DNA of 63,643 bases, the filler included, from Octopus bimaculoides (lineage: Eukaryota), in NCBI RefSeq assembly GCF_001194135.2. It is 4 parts of 3 records of this genome, joined end to end, with 100 filler letters (N's around TTAATTAATTAA, not from the genome) between each part and the next. Parts side by side here need not be neighbours in the genome. Positions count along the whole stretch, not along the records: positions 1 to 27,770 come from NC_068994.1; 3 more parts are not named here. One strand, 5' to 3'. Positions 11,307 to 23,408 of this stretch are shown here, one piece after another (position 1 is the first letter of the stretch; each line of letters begins with the position of its first letter). A program made the translations under genes and the position numbers. The notes beneath the pieces were generated by a model, which was not told the DNA's origin, searched no databases, and saw only the letters and a list, made by a program, of their open reading frames with translations.

Positions 11307-12029
11307 ATGTATGTATGTATGTATGTATATGTGTACGTATGTAAGCATGAATATATTTTCATCGTAAATAACAGAGTGCTCCATGCATGATACAGAGCCA
11401 TGATGATTACGTGATAAAATATCCAAGTAAAGATATACATGAAAATGGCTTTCTCACAGTTTGGTAAAAAAATTTTCTTGTACATTAAAGAAATAAATAT
11501 TAATATTTCTTCCTTTTTCACACAGTCATTTTTTTTTTTATTCCTGTTAAAAAATAAAATAATACCAGCACGCTGTAAGTAAAAAAAAATGCTTTAATTT
11601 TCTTTTCTTATAGAATCAATACATTTATAACATAGCTACATTTGCCTTAATGCTGAAAATATATTGAAATCTTATGATTAATTTATAAGTAATTTTGGTT
11701 ATTGGCATACTATAATGAATTCACAAGATTTTGATGATGTGAGGCTATGCATTTAAGTGAAATTGACTGGAATAATTATTTCTAACTTTGGAAGAAGACC
11801 ACAGATTTTAGAGGAGTACATTTATAGTACCTTACATTATCAACTTCAGAAGCATTAAAAGCAAATCAGTCTCAATAGTATTCGAACCTAGAATTCAGAG
11901 GTATTAAACTAAATACTATTACATATTTATTCTTGTATTCACTCATTCTGATACCATATGACTTCAATGTTCAACTGGTATTAACCAATGAGTGCTTTGA
12001 ACTCTGAATATAATGGAACATACCAAATA

Positions 12030-12480
12030 TTGGTTTCAAATTTTGGGAAGGGGCCAGCAATTTTGGAGGAGGGAGCTAGTCAATTACATCAACCCCAGTG
12101 CTCAACTGGTTTTTATTTTATCGACTGTGAAAGGATGAAAGGCAAAGATGACTTTGGTGGAATTTGAACTCAGAACATGAAGATGAGCAAAATGTCACTA
12201 AGCATTCTGCCTAGCACAGTAATGATTCTGCCATCTCACTGCCTTAAGGAACATATTGAATATTGATTTCCAATTTTAGCACAAGGCCAGTAATTTCAGT
12301 GGATGGGGTAAGTCGATTACATCAACCCCAGTACTCAACTGGTACTTATTCTATTGATCACCAAAGGATGAACAGCAAAGTCGACCTTGGCAGAATTTGA
12401 ACTATGAATGTAAAGATGGACAAAATTCCACTAAGCATTTTGCCCATTGCAGTAACAATTCTGCCAGCTCGCTGCCTTAA
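12030..12480 (-). mobile_element. Two head-to-tail SINE family C copies
   Basis: Two units (12030-12245, 12272-12480) in the same orientation. Confidence 0.85.
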
Positions 12481-12524
12481 GAAACATACTAAATATTGCA
12501 AAATATTTCTTCTTGTACTCTACT

Positions 12525-12745
12525 ATTTGTCTTATATTGATTTAACTAACACCCTATTAGTGTGTTAACATTTGGTGACCAGTCACTCATTAGTATGAAC
12601 ATTAGTAATGCATAACTATTCAACTATTCAAGAGGAACCTTGAGGGCACTGACCTCAAAGTCTTAGAGAACACCAGAAAGCCATGAGCACAGTCTCTTCT
12701 TCCAGATCAAACCAATAACAAAATATTTCTTCCTTGCATATTTTC
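12525..12745. repeat. Left arm of ~215-bp inverted repeat (partner 14063-14269)
   Basis: Reverse-complement match over the whole arm with few mismatches and one short tandem insertion. Confidence 0.9.
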
Positions 12746-12761
12746 TTCTGATTGATAATGG

Positions 12762-12975
12762 TTTGGGATTTAGGCCATAAGGCCAACACTTTTGAGGGGA
12801 GAGTTTATAGTCAATACCATCAACCCCAGTATTTCATCAGCACTTAATTTTATTGACCCAGGAAGGATGAAGTGCAAAGTCAACTCCATCAGGATTTGAA
12901 CTCAGAATGTAAAAACCTGGAACAAATAGTGCAAAGCATTTTTCCGATGCTCTGACAGTTGTACCTGCCTGCCAC
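12762..12975 (-). mobile_element. SINE family C
   Basis: Family consensus match; a further partial copy lies at 13283-13410. Confidence 0.8.
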
Positions 12976-13427
12976 CTTATTCTACAAATAAATAATGATA
13001 GCAGTGATAAGGCCTCATCAGTTAGGTTTGACTTTATAGATTCATTTCTATTTCGGAAGATCCTCTGCATGGTCCAGAACTGGACAAGGTTTACAACAGT
13101 TAACTATTCATGCAAATCTCTTCTTGCCATATTACTGATGTTACTCAGGGGAAAGTCAAGGCTGATACAGTTCGGCACTAGTGTTGTCACAGGTGTTGCC
13201 TTCAGAACAAAGAGAACTGGAACAGATATTGCACCTTGTCTGACTGTCAAACAATTCTTCCAGCCCATTGTTTTGAAATGGAGCTACTTCTATTGACCCT
13301 AAAAGGATGAATGGTAAAGTTGAGTTTAGCAGGATATGAACACAGAACACAGCAAAATGGAACAAATTCTACAAAGTATTCTATTTAGCTCTCTAATAAC
13401 TCTGCCACCTTAGTAACTATAGTTATA

Positions 13428-13492
13428 GCAGCAACAGCAGCAGCAACAGCAGCAGCAACAGCAGCAGCAACAACAACAACAACAGCAACAAC
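13428..13492. repeat. (GCA)/(ACA) trinucleotide repeat
   Basis: Direct reading. Confidence 0.9.
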
Positions 13493-14062
13493 AAAAGTAG
13501 TATCATATTGAATAACAACAGACATCACTACTCCAAGGCTCCCCAGAACATCTATTAACATCGATAAAATAACAATGAAGAAAACCAAAAATAAATGATA
13601 AAAATGTTGAAAGGATACCTTTGTAAGTAACACATTAACTTTACTTTTATTGCTCTTAGCCTAATATAACTTATGTTTTGCTACTCTTCACAGAAATCAT
13701 CAACAGACCACCATGTGTAAACATATTGATGGAGCACCAGTTAAATCAACCAACATCAGATAAATTCTGCTTGGCATAAATGAAATGAAAAACAATATAA
13801 ATGAAAACATGAAAACTTATCGTTCAGTCCAAAGTTTTTAAAAAAATGACATATGTGCTTTGAATTTGATGCATAAAAAATAGAAAAAAGAATGGAGCAT
13901 GTAAAATTGCACATTGTCCAAGACTGATAAGCTGGTATACAATAAAAATGATGCCTATCTAAATAAATGACCAGTTATTTCACTTCTCAAAGAAAACAGG
14001 AAAGACAAAAATTGACCTGATAGGAATATATTTCAATACTGTATACTTTATAATTTGGTTTG

Positions 14063-14269
14063 GAAAATATGCAAGGAAGGAATATTTTTTTATTGGTTTG
14101 CTCTGGAAGAAGAGACTGTGCTCATGGCTTTCTGGTGTTCTGTAAGACTTTGAGGTCAATGCCCTCAAGGTTCTTCTTGAATGCATTACTAATGTTCATA
14201 CTAATGAGTGACTGGTCACCAAATGTTAACACACTAATAGGGTGTTAGTTAAATCAATATAAGACAAAT
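14063..14269. repeat. Right arm of inverted repeat (partner 12525-12745)
   Basis: Reverse-complement match. Confidence 0.9.
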
Positions 14270-14994
14270 TCTGCCTGATACAAGTAAAATTTAAAAGTAA
14301 TATAGATGAAAACTATAGACTTATTGTAGTAGAACAGTAGTTGGTCATTCTTGAAACCAGGGCCAGATAGAGATCCATAGAGGCTCTAAGCATTTAAAAG
14401 ATTTTGGTGCGCCCATATACATGTAGTTCAAAATATAATATCAGCAATATACAATAATGAGGGAGGTACTTGTGTTTTGGAAGAAGAATAGAATGTGTGG
14501 TTGGTATGTTAGGTAGAAGTGATTTGTAGGATCTTGGTTACATTGGAGTCTATGGATATTAGAAGATAAGAGGGATAATTGTCCAGTGTGTTTAGTGTTA
14601 TATTTTTGCATCTAGGGCAGTGTAGAGCATACCAGTGTGTCATGAGTTCACAATAATGATAACCTTACAGAAAGGAAAATCAATAAAAACCACTAAATCA
14701 TGGTAGATAAAGAAACAGAAATAAGAGAATTAAGGCAAATGCACACTCATAAATACAAATTAACAATTTAAACAAATATAACTAAATAAAATATAACACA
14801 AACACATTAAAGAAAAGGTTAGTAAAGAATAATATAGGCACATGTTAAAACAGAACTAAATGCCAAAAATGAGGCAATAAGAATCATTTCTGAAGCTGTT
14901 TTTGTAATACATTATAATTATGATATCCTCAATTGCTTGGTAAAAGAATTGATGAAAATAAATGAGAAAACGAGATAAATAATTGTTTCTAAGG

Positions 14995-15195
14995 CAAACA
15001 AGGCTTGAACTTTGGAAGAATGGAATAGTCTGTTATATTGACCATCATTATCTGATTATTAGTTTATTTTATTGAATCCTCAAGGGATGAAAGTTGACCT
15101 CAATAGGATTTGGACTGAAACTGTAATGAGCCAGAAGAAATGCTGCAAGATATTTTGTGTGACATTCTAAAGATTCTGCTGATCCACCAACCTTA
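14995..15195 (-). mobile_element. SINE family C, diverged
   Basis: ggatgaaagttgacctc...gatttggactgaaac...aaatgctgcaagatattttg. Confidence 0.65.
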
Positions 15196-15305
15196 GTGAA
15201 TCAGCAAAGTCATGAAAATAAATAATGACTTCGGTGAAATGAGATAAATTCTGACCGTGCTTATTATACATCTCTCAAAAATTTGATAAAAACAATTATA
15301 TACAC

Positions 15306-15470
15306 CAGGTGCAAGCATGGCTGTGTGGTTAGAAGCTTGCTTCCCAACCACAAGATTCTGGGTTCAGTCCCACTGCATGCTGCATGGCATCTTGGTATAC
15401 TACTATAGCCTTGGGCTGACCAAAGCTGTGCGAGTGGATTTGGCTGACAGAAACTGGAAGAAGCCCATCC
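15306..15470 (+). mobile_element. SINE family A
   Basis: gcatggctgtgtggttagaagcttgcttcccaacc...ggttcagtccc. Confidence 0.85.
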
Positions 15471-15473
15471 TGT

Positions 15474-15517
<44 letters not shown>

Positions 15518-15869
15518 TGTCAGTTGTTCATATATCTGAAAAAGAAACACACTCTAAAGCATTAGAGCAGTAATATATTTTTTTAGGCAGTTGAAAGTTA
15601 TGGGTATTCATAATGTGACCACTGGTTTTGTACCTATAAAACGCTTAGCAGTATAGGTAACTTGGCAGACTCAAATAGCTGAAGGCACATAACCTTCCTA
15701 CAACTTCAAGAAGAAATATTTAATGGTCAATTGGTTTTGTAAACAAAACATAATTACCCATGCTGCAGGTGGGACAGGGTTAGCAGAGCAAAATTTATCC
15801 TCCTTACATCAGCTCTGGCTATGGTGATATTTGAAGGAGCTGTGGTGGGACTATTAAACAAATAGGGAA

Positions 15870-16170
15870 TTCTAACGTTGAGAATGGAAACGTTTTAGAT
15901 GAGGGCATTGACTGAATACTTCCTTCTTGAAGTTTAAAAAGGTTCCTGGACTGAACAAGTTTTTTAGGATTCTTGCCCTCTCAGCTAAGTAAAGCTTACA
16001 TTGTTTGCTCTCATTTATATAAGCCCCTGGTTGTCCAAGAAGCTTCCATCTAATTAAATATGGGGTTCTTACTGCTTTTAAGCACCATATATGGCTGGCC
16101 AAGGACATGATGTTGTGCCTTTCTGGTATCCTAAAAGAAGACTGGTGGGTGTTCAGTCATTACTTAAAAT
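15870..16170 (-). mobile_element. Penelope-like GIY-YIG endonuclease C-terminal fragment
   Basis: LASHIWCLK..PYLIRWKLL..AYINESKQCKLYLAERARIL...LNFKKEVFSQCPHLKRF matches the PLE C-terminal pattern LSxHIWxLK...W.I...CxLCxxEK..I...LNKR.E..SxCxH..KF. Confidence 0.75.
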
Positions 16171-16269
16171 GGGAGGATGGTTGAACCAACATATTTTTAT
16201 GTCTGTTTATTATATGTGCTACCACTGTTGATGTTTCTTTCATTAACTTCAAGTCTGAGGTCATCGTTG

Positions 16270-16458
16270 TCGTTGCTGGCAAGCAGTTTTGGTGTGTTTA
16301 GGTCCCTGTATCTTAGTAGTTCAGCAAAAGAGACCGATAGAATAAGTATCAAGCTTTAAAAAACGTACTGGGGTTGAATCCTTTACCTGAAAATTATTCA
16401 AAGCAGTGCTCCAGCATGACCACAGTCTAATGACTGAAACAAGTAAAAAACAAAAGAT
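16270..16458 (+). mobile_element. SINE family B
   Basis: Family consensus match. Confidence 0.8.
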
Positions 16459-16569
16459 GCCATGAATACGAGAAACTAGAGATTTTCAGAAGTGAGAAAA
16501 CTTATAAAATATTTATATTGAATTACGAAAATATCTAGTAACAAATAATTGAACACAAATGTAATAATA

Positions 16570-16850
16570 CAGTTCTATATTTAAGAGATGAGGAATTATG
16601 TACATTATTTACATTATTTACATTTTTTACATTATTAACATTATCTTATTTACATTATTTACATTATCTTGTTTGTTGTTAACACAACGTTTCAGCTGAT
16701 ATACCCTCCAGGAATGAGAACCCAGGTTCGAAATTTCCCCAAGACACCTGATGAAGGCTGGAGGGTATATCAGCCGAAACGTTGTGTTAACAACAAACAA
16801 GATGAGGACAAATATCCGTCAAATGTAAATAATGTAAATAATGTACAAAT
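16570..16850. mobile_element. Inverted pair of PLE terminal repeats (family P2): minus copy 16570-16711, plus copy 16741-16850
   Basis: 16666-16711 is the reverse complement of 16758-16803; the same terminus occurs at 32382-32560 next to a PLE N-terminal ORF. Confidence 0.75.
16743..16788 (+). ncRNA. Minimal type I hammerhead ribozyme
   Basis: GACAC-CUGAUGA-A-GGCUG(GAGGGUAUAU)CAGCC-GAAAC-GUU-GUGUU: intact core, 5-bp stem II, 5-bp stem I, loop-less palindromic AACGUU stem III typical of dimer-dependent PLE hammerheads. Confidence 0.75.
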
Positions 16851-17142
16851 GTAATAGTTACAAAACATGGATAAAACCAAAAAAGAAAAAAAAATACTGA
16901 ATTCTGTCTTCAGAAAAGTCAAGAGAAATAAAGTAGGAAGATATAATGGACAGTTGCAAGAACAGACAAACAATATCCACAAATATCAAAAAATTAAAAG
17001 CTAAACTAAAAAATGGGATTAAAAAATGTCATACCTAGATGCTGACAAGAAAATCCCTTATATGGTCAATACTCGACGAGACTGGATAAAGTAGATAAAC
17101 AAACACACAAAAAAAAAAAATGAATACACAAATAAACAAATA

Positions 17143-17555
17143 GGTGCAGGCATGGCTGTGTGGTAAGAAGCTTGCTTCTCAACCACATGGTTTCGGGTTC
17201 AGTCCCACTGCATGGCACCTTTGGCAAGTGTCTTCTACTATAGCCTCGGGCCAACCAAAGCCTTGTGAGTGGATTTGGTAGACGGAAACTGAAAGAAGTG
17301 TCTGTGTATNNNNNNNNNNNNNNNNNNNNNNNNNNNNNNNNNNNNNNNNNNNNNNNNNNNNNNNNNNNNNNNNNNNNNNNNNNNNNNNNNNNNNNNNNNN
17401 NNNNNNNNNNNNNNNNNNNNNNNNNNNNNNNNNNNNNNNNNNNNNNNNNNNNNNNNNNNNNNNNNNNNNNNNNNNNNNNNNNNNNNNNNNNNNNNNNNNN
17501 NNNNNNNNNNNNNNNNNNNNNNNNNNNNNNNNNNNNNNNNNNNNNNNNNNNNNNN

Positions 17556-17594
<39 letters not shown>

Positions 17595-17850
17595 GTATTA
17601 TGTATGTATGTATGTATGTATGTATTTGTGTGTATGTGTGTGTGTGTGTGTTTGTCTACCCCACCATCACTTGACAACCGATGTTGGTGTGTTTACGTCC
17701 CTGTAACTTAGCGATTCAGCAAAAGAGACTGATAAAATAAGTACTAGGCTTACAAAGAATAAGTCCTGGGGGGTTGATTTGTTTGACTAAAGATGGTGCT
17801 CCAGCATGGCCGCAGTCAAATGACTGAAACAACTAAAAGAATAAAAGAAT
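17143..17850 (+). mobile_element. Composite SINE A + gapped microsatellite + B
   Basis: A 17143-17310 and B 17645-17850. Confidence 0.85.
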
Positions 17851-18207
17851 AAATAAATGAACGTACAAACAAACATATTAACAAACAAACAAGGAAATAA
17901 ATTAATAAATAAATAAAAATTAAAAACTCAACTCAGTACTGGATGAGTAATACAGCACTGAATAAGGATCTTAATTACAACTCAAGGTCATAGCAATCAA
18001 TGATATTGCTTCAAGCAGTACAGTCTTCATCAGAACAAAGCATATAAATAGAGAGGGTGGAGTTGGAAATTTCATATGCAGGAAACTGTGCCATGATCAT
18101 TGTCATCGTCATCGTCAACATTGCCGTCACCACCACCACCACCACCACCACCACCNNNNNNNNNNNNNNNNNNNNNNNNNNNNNNNNNNNNNNNNNNNNN
18201 NNNNNNN

Positions 18208-18303
<96 letters not shown>

Positions 18304-18400
18304 GTCTGTCTTCCATGTTAGCATGGGTTGGACAGAACAACAAAATCTGATGAGTCATAAGACTTCATCTAGCTCCAGTCTAGTTCTTTGGCATGGTTTG
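18208..18400 (-). mobile_element. RTE 3' tail with expanded (CAT)n
   Basis: (cat)n-gtctgtcttccatgttagcatgggttggac is the reverse complement of the RTE tail. Confidence 0.7.
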
Positions 18401-19414
18401 GGGCAGCTGCTGATCACGTGTGTGATATCTTCTACAGAAATGTGACATAATCAACATGTTTTGGTTGCGTCAATGGAGCTCCAAGGGATACACAGTCTCT
18501 TTTGTTTATGAGATATTTCGTAACAATCTACTACTCTTGAATTGCAAATGCATAGCCTTTGAAGTTTGATAGGATATAACAGTCTCAAGTTCAAGGATGC
18601 CGCACTTCATGTTGAGATTGCTGCCGTTATTTTCAAGTTTTCAGGAAATCTATCCATGCCTAGTCTATAATTGATATGCTAAATGTTTTACATCCAGGTC
18701 TTCTTTGAGACATGTTAGTCCAGCTGTTTTGGGGTTGCATGAGAGATTGTCAAGAAGAGAGTGCTTCCTGAAGAGCTAGCTACTGACATACAGGATGTTC
18801 TCTTTACTTTTCAACAATAAGTTTATTATGCCATCTGAAAGAGGATGTATAAACATATGTATGAATGTATGTACATGCATACATATATCAAGTAGCATGT
18901 GAGCTGCTACTGCAGGACAGCCTCATCATCAGCTATGCTCGTTGCACTCTTGTACACTACTTGGTACCTGGCATGGCGGCCCAGAGAGGTTGTCAGGTAT
19001 GGAGATCATGCCAACTGCCTTACTCACTTTCCAAGGCATTTTGTCCGGAGAAGTCTAATAGATGGACAGCTGTTGCTGCTGACATGAAGGTACAAGAAGG
19101 TAATATAAGATAAACTATGGATGGAAAATCAAGAAGATAGTTAGGTAAGTTTGCAAGAGTGTTAAAGGAAAGAAGGTAGATAGAGATAGAATAGAGGTGA
19201 ATGCTGTGAATGGTGAACAAGGGTCGATGTGTGGTGAGTGGCAAATATCAGTTTGGTGGGAAAGGTGAAGGAAATGAAAGTAGGTCAAGAAAGGGGAGAT
19301 GATAAGGGCTGTACAGAAAGTGGGGAGAGCAGCAATATAATAAATCTTGTGGATATATGAGAAATAGGGAGATGATGTAAATTGCAAAGAGGATGGTGGG
19401 AAAGCAGGACATAT

Positions 19415-19458
<44 letters not shown>

Positions 19459-19959
19459 TCATACACACACATTCATGCACACACATTCATGCACACACAT
19501 ATGCACAATGACAGGGGTGGAGGTGAGAGGTATGTAGAGGTGGGTACAGTGAGCGATGAACAAAAATGGTGAGGGATGTGAGGGTTGTTGATAGCAGACA
19601 TGAGACGGTGTCAAGAATGAGGTACAGCTGTCATAAGGTATATCCCAAGACAAAGGGGTGTTCAGCGGAAAATGGAGAGGTCTGGAATGATATTGAGAGT
19701 GAGGGATTGGTGACAAAAGGAAATGGTTCCAAGGATGGTAGCACATTAGTAATACATACATGCATATGCATGTGCACACACACACACATGCACACACACA
19801 CACACACACACATACACACACGCACACACACACGCACACACACACACATACACACATGTATGTATGTATACATTACTATTCATTTCTCTGCTGCAAAAAT
19901 GCAAATTCAATTGTATTAGAAAATAACAATGCTTTGTAGGGGTTTTTTTTACCAGGTTT

Positions 19960-20290
19960 CTTCTCTCTATATATATTATTTATCCAGGCTATAAATTCAC
20001 ATCAATTTACATCAATACAAATTGATGCACTTAATTTTGTGAGAGAATGCTTAAGTGACAATCTGGATAATGTAGGGATTTCATAAAATGTAATCAGTCA
20101 ACTAACTCACACATTACAAATACAATTTGTAAGTGGAACAGTAAAAATATGTGAAACTTTTCTCAAATACAAAATGTGACATTGTTTAGGCTGTCTACCT
20201 TCCAACAATGGAGCTTTGTATCTTTGTTAGAAACCAGTTCCTTCCTCAGAGGATAATTTAAATAATTAAAAACATCCATCCATCCATTTA
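19960..20290 (+). mobile_element. REL-endonuclease non-LTR retrotransposon (R4/Dong-like) 3' end
   Basis: YPGYKF...LQIQFVSGTVKICETFLKY followed by a 3' UTR nearly identical to that at 60129-60190; ends in (CATC)n. Confidence 0.7.
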
Positions 20291-21369
20291 CACATGCACT
20301 CNNNNNNNNNNNNNNNNNNNNNNNNNNNNNNNNNNNNNNNNNNNNNNNNNNNNNNNNNNNNNNNNNNNNNNNNNNNNNNNNNNNNNNNNNNNNNNNNNNN
20401 NNNNNNNNNNNNNNNNNNNNNNNNNNNNNNNNNNNNNNNNNNNNNNNNNNNNNNNNNNNNNNNNNNNNNNNNNNNNNNNNNNNNNNNNNNNNNNNNNNNN
20501 NNNNNNNNNNNNNNNNNNNNNNNNNNNNNNNNNNNNNNNNNNNNNNNNNNNNNNNNNNNNNNNNNNNNNNNNNNNNNNNNNNNNNNNNNNNNNNNNNNNN
20601 NNNNNNNNNNNNNNNNNNNNNNNNNNNNNNNNNNNNNNNNNNNNNNNNNNNNNNNNNNNNNNNNNNNNNNNNNNNNNNNNNNNNNNNNNNNNNNNNNNNN
20701 NNNNNNNNNNNNNNNNNNNNNNNNNNNNNNNNNNNNNNNNNNNNNNNNNNNNNNNNNNNNNNNNNNNNNNNNNNNNNNNNNNNNNNNNNNNNNNNNNNNN
20801 NNNNNNNNNNNNNNNNNNNNNNNNNNNNNNNNNNNNNNNNNNNNNNNNNNNNNNNNNNNNNNNNNNNNNNNNNNNNNNNNNNNNNNNNNNNNNNNNNNNN
20901 NNNNNNNNNNNNNNNNNNNNNNNNNNNNNNNNNNNNNNNNNNNNNNNNNNNNNNNNNNNNNNNNNNNNNNNNNNNNNNNNNNNNNNNNNNNNNNNNNNNN
21001 NNNNNNNNNNNNNNNNNNNNNNNNNNNNNNNNNNNNNNNNNNNNNNNNNNNNNNNNNNNNNNNNNNNNNNNNNNNNNNNNNNNNNNNNNNNNNNNNNNNN
21101 NNNNNNNNNNNNNNNNNNNNNNNNNNNNNNNNNNNNNNNNNNNNNNNNNNNNNNNNNNNNNNNNNNNNNNNNNNNNNNNNNNNNNNNNNTATATATATAA
21201 TCAAATGATTAATAACATACAATGGATAATTGTCAGCTCATTATAGCTGTTTCCTACGCATTTTATAATAGAATAATGAGAACATTACTTCATTACAAAG
21301 AATTGTAATCATCAGATGAAACATAATTTTACAAACAAAAAAATATCCCAAGAATACTGCAGGGACATG

Positions 21370-23050
21370 CTTGAAGTCTGTCAATGCCAACTATGAAATG
21401 GGAGAATGACCAACAAAGTTGGCCATTGAGGTTACGAATATAGTTTGTGAGAGGGTGTAATATGATATCTAAGGTCAGCAACCCAGGTGGGACAAGAGTC
21501 TGCTAGACAGGTTTTTAGGCAGGCTGGAGTGGGGTGTAGGTGATATTTTATTATAGAAGGCTTAGAACAGTGGGTAGCAAGGAGAGGACCTAATATAAAT
21601 TAAGGATAAAGAAAGAAAGAATAAAGAAAGCAAAAGTAAGGGCGAAGAAAAATAAATGCATACAAGCCAATTAGGCATAGGGTCAGGGCTTAGGGTTCAC
21701 TTGCTAAGGTTAAAGGACAAGGATACACAGAATTTAGGGGTGTTCTGTGGATATTGGTTGAAAGTTGAGGGAAGGTATGAAGACTATTGAATAATAAGAT
21801 CTAGCTTTTATGGAATTGTAGTGTTAAGAGTGAATGAATTATCTGGTAAAGTGGAAAGATGTAAGGTGTTGTTTTGCATACAAAAATTTATATGGGTTAG
21901 TGGGGACTGCTTGTAATAATAGGACACGTTTGCCTAGAGAGAAAAATCTTGGTAGTAACAGTAGAGTACTACTTATCATTAAGGATGTGGGTTATATAAT
22001 AAACTACACCTAGTACAGAGTTAGAGGAAATACCACATCAGATATCAAAGAAAGCCAGTAGTAGGGAGTAATCTAATGATTAACAATATGGAATGTTATA
22101 TAGGTGGCATTGATATTGTTTAATTTGATAGTATAATCACCATTGTGTGAATCATGTAATGCAATTCCGGACAATAGTTTTGGGTAAGAGGTTCGGATAG
22201 TGTGTTCCAACTATTATTTAACAAGCAAAACAAAAATAAGTATATCTTGGTGTTAGAATTACTTACCTAGTAAAATTGGAAAAGAACTGGATGGGTGTGC
22301 AGGCTGCTACTTCTAGGTTAGATATCTTTGTAATCACTATTGCATAATACTGGGTACACCACAGATAGAATGGTTAGTTCCCTCAATATAGCATACCATG
22401 CAAGTATAGTAAGAGCAGTAAGAAAGTAATGCTAAGAAGAGACAAGACTAGAAGGACTCAAAAACAATTAAGCAAACAAATCGAGTTTTGGGTCAACAAT
22501 AGAGGGTGTAAATTAGACTGGCCCTAGGTTAGGAGCTATTTTAGAGGTTGTTTAATGTCATTAAAATATTTAAAAGTGTGGGTAGACGTATTTGTACAGG
22601 TAAGACAAAGGTCTAGTTTATTATTTAGTAGATTCTCACTATTAGATTTCTTTAAAATTTCAAACAGCTCCATACAGCAAAGCCTATACTCGTATTTGTT
22701 TATTAACTATGGTTTAGCAGCCCTAATGATGTCCCAACTTAAATCAGATTTAATATTGTCATCCATAAGCTCCCAAATCTCCATGGCTAGAGAAATCTTG
22801 CCAGCCCTATGTCTTAATTCAAAGGAAGAATAGTGATTACATAAGCACTCCTTGAGATTTACTGAGCAGCTGATGTAAGTGTAAGTATTCGTCTCTGTTA
22901 CAACATCACATTTGTACACCACATTCACTGCTAGACATTGACCACAAAATGGACAGGATATTTTGTCTAAACATTTGCACCCAATATTTTCTAAGACTTG
23001 AAATTTATTATTATGGGTACACAATCCAACTTTATTATGGTGTAATAGTT
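21370..23050 (-). mobile_element. Penelope-like element 3' portion (GIY-YIG domain 22545-23050 plus long 3' tail)
   Basis: CPFCGQCLAVNVVYKCDV...TYISCS...NHYSSF...LAMEIWEL...LSWDII is a GIY-YIG motif of PLE type; pyrimidine-rich sense tail. Lower boundary uncertain. Confidence 0.75.
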
Positions 23051-23408
23051 CAAGCTCATGAGAGTTACTGGTGTTCACATGGTTGTTACTGGGGTTTATA
23101 TTACAACCATGTGAACACCAGTATCTCTCACGAACTTGAACTATTATACCATAATTGCGTACCTGTAATAATAAATTTCAAGTCTTAGAAAATATTGGGT
23201 GCAATTGTTTAGATAAAATATCTTGTCTGCTTTCTGGTCGATGTCTAGCAGTAAATGTGGTTTACAAATGTGATGTTGTGATGGATGCCAATACTTATAC
23301 GTATATCAGCTGCTCCATAAATCTCAAGGAGCACTTATGTAATCACTATTCTTCCTTTAAATTAAGATATAGGGCTGGGAGGATTTCTCTATGAAGATTT
23401 GGGATGCT
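22768..23408. repeat. ~640-bp fold-back palindrome of the PLE GIY-YIG region (loop ~23088-23101)
   Basis: The arms are reverse complements; ORFs 22707-23078(-) and 23155-23394(+) encode homologous peptides. Confidence 0.92.

Noticed and set aside
13011-13021. CTGATGAGGCC (minus) hammerhead start
   Set aside because: No complementary GGCC-GAAA downstream.
20266-21222. Long ORFs containing X runs or dipeptide/homopolymer repeats (also 28586-29726, 33778-34767, 39411-40458, 50645-51510 and many HT/YI/CV ORFs)
   Set aside because: They are translations of N gaps and microsatellites.
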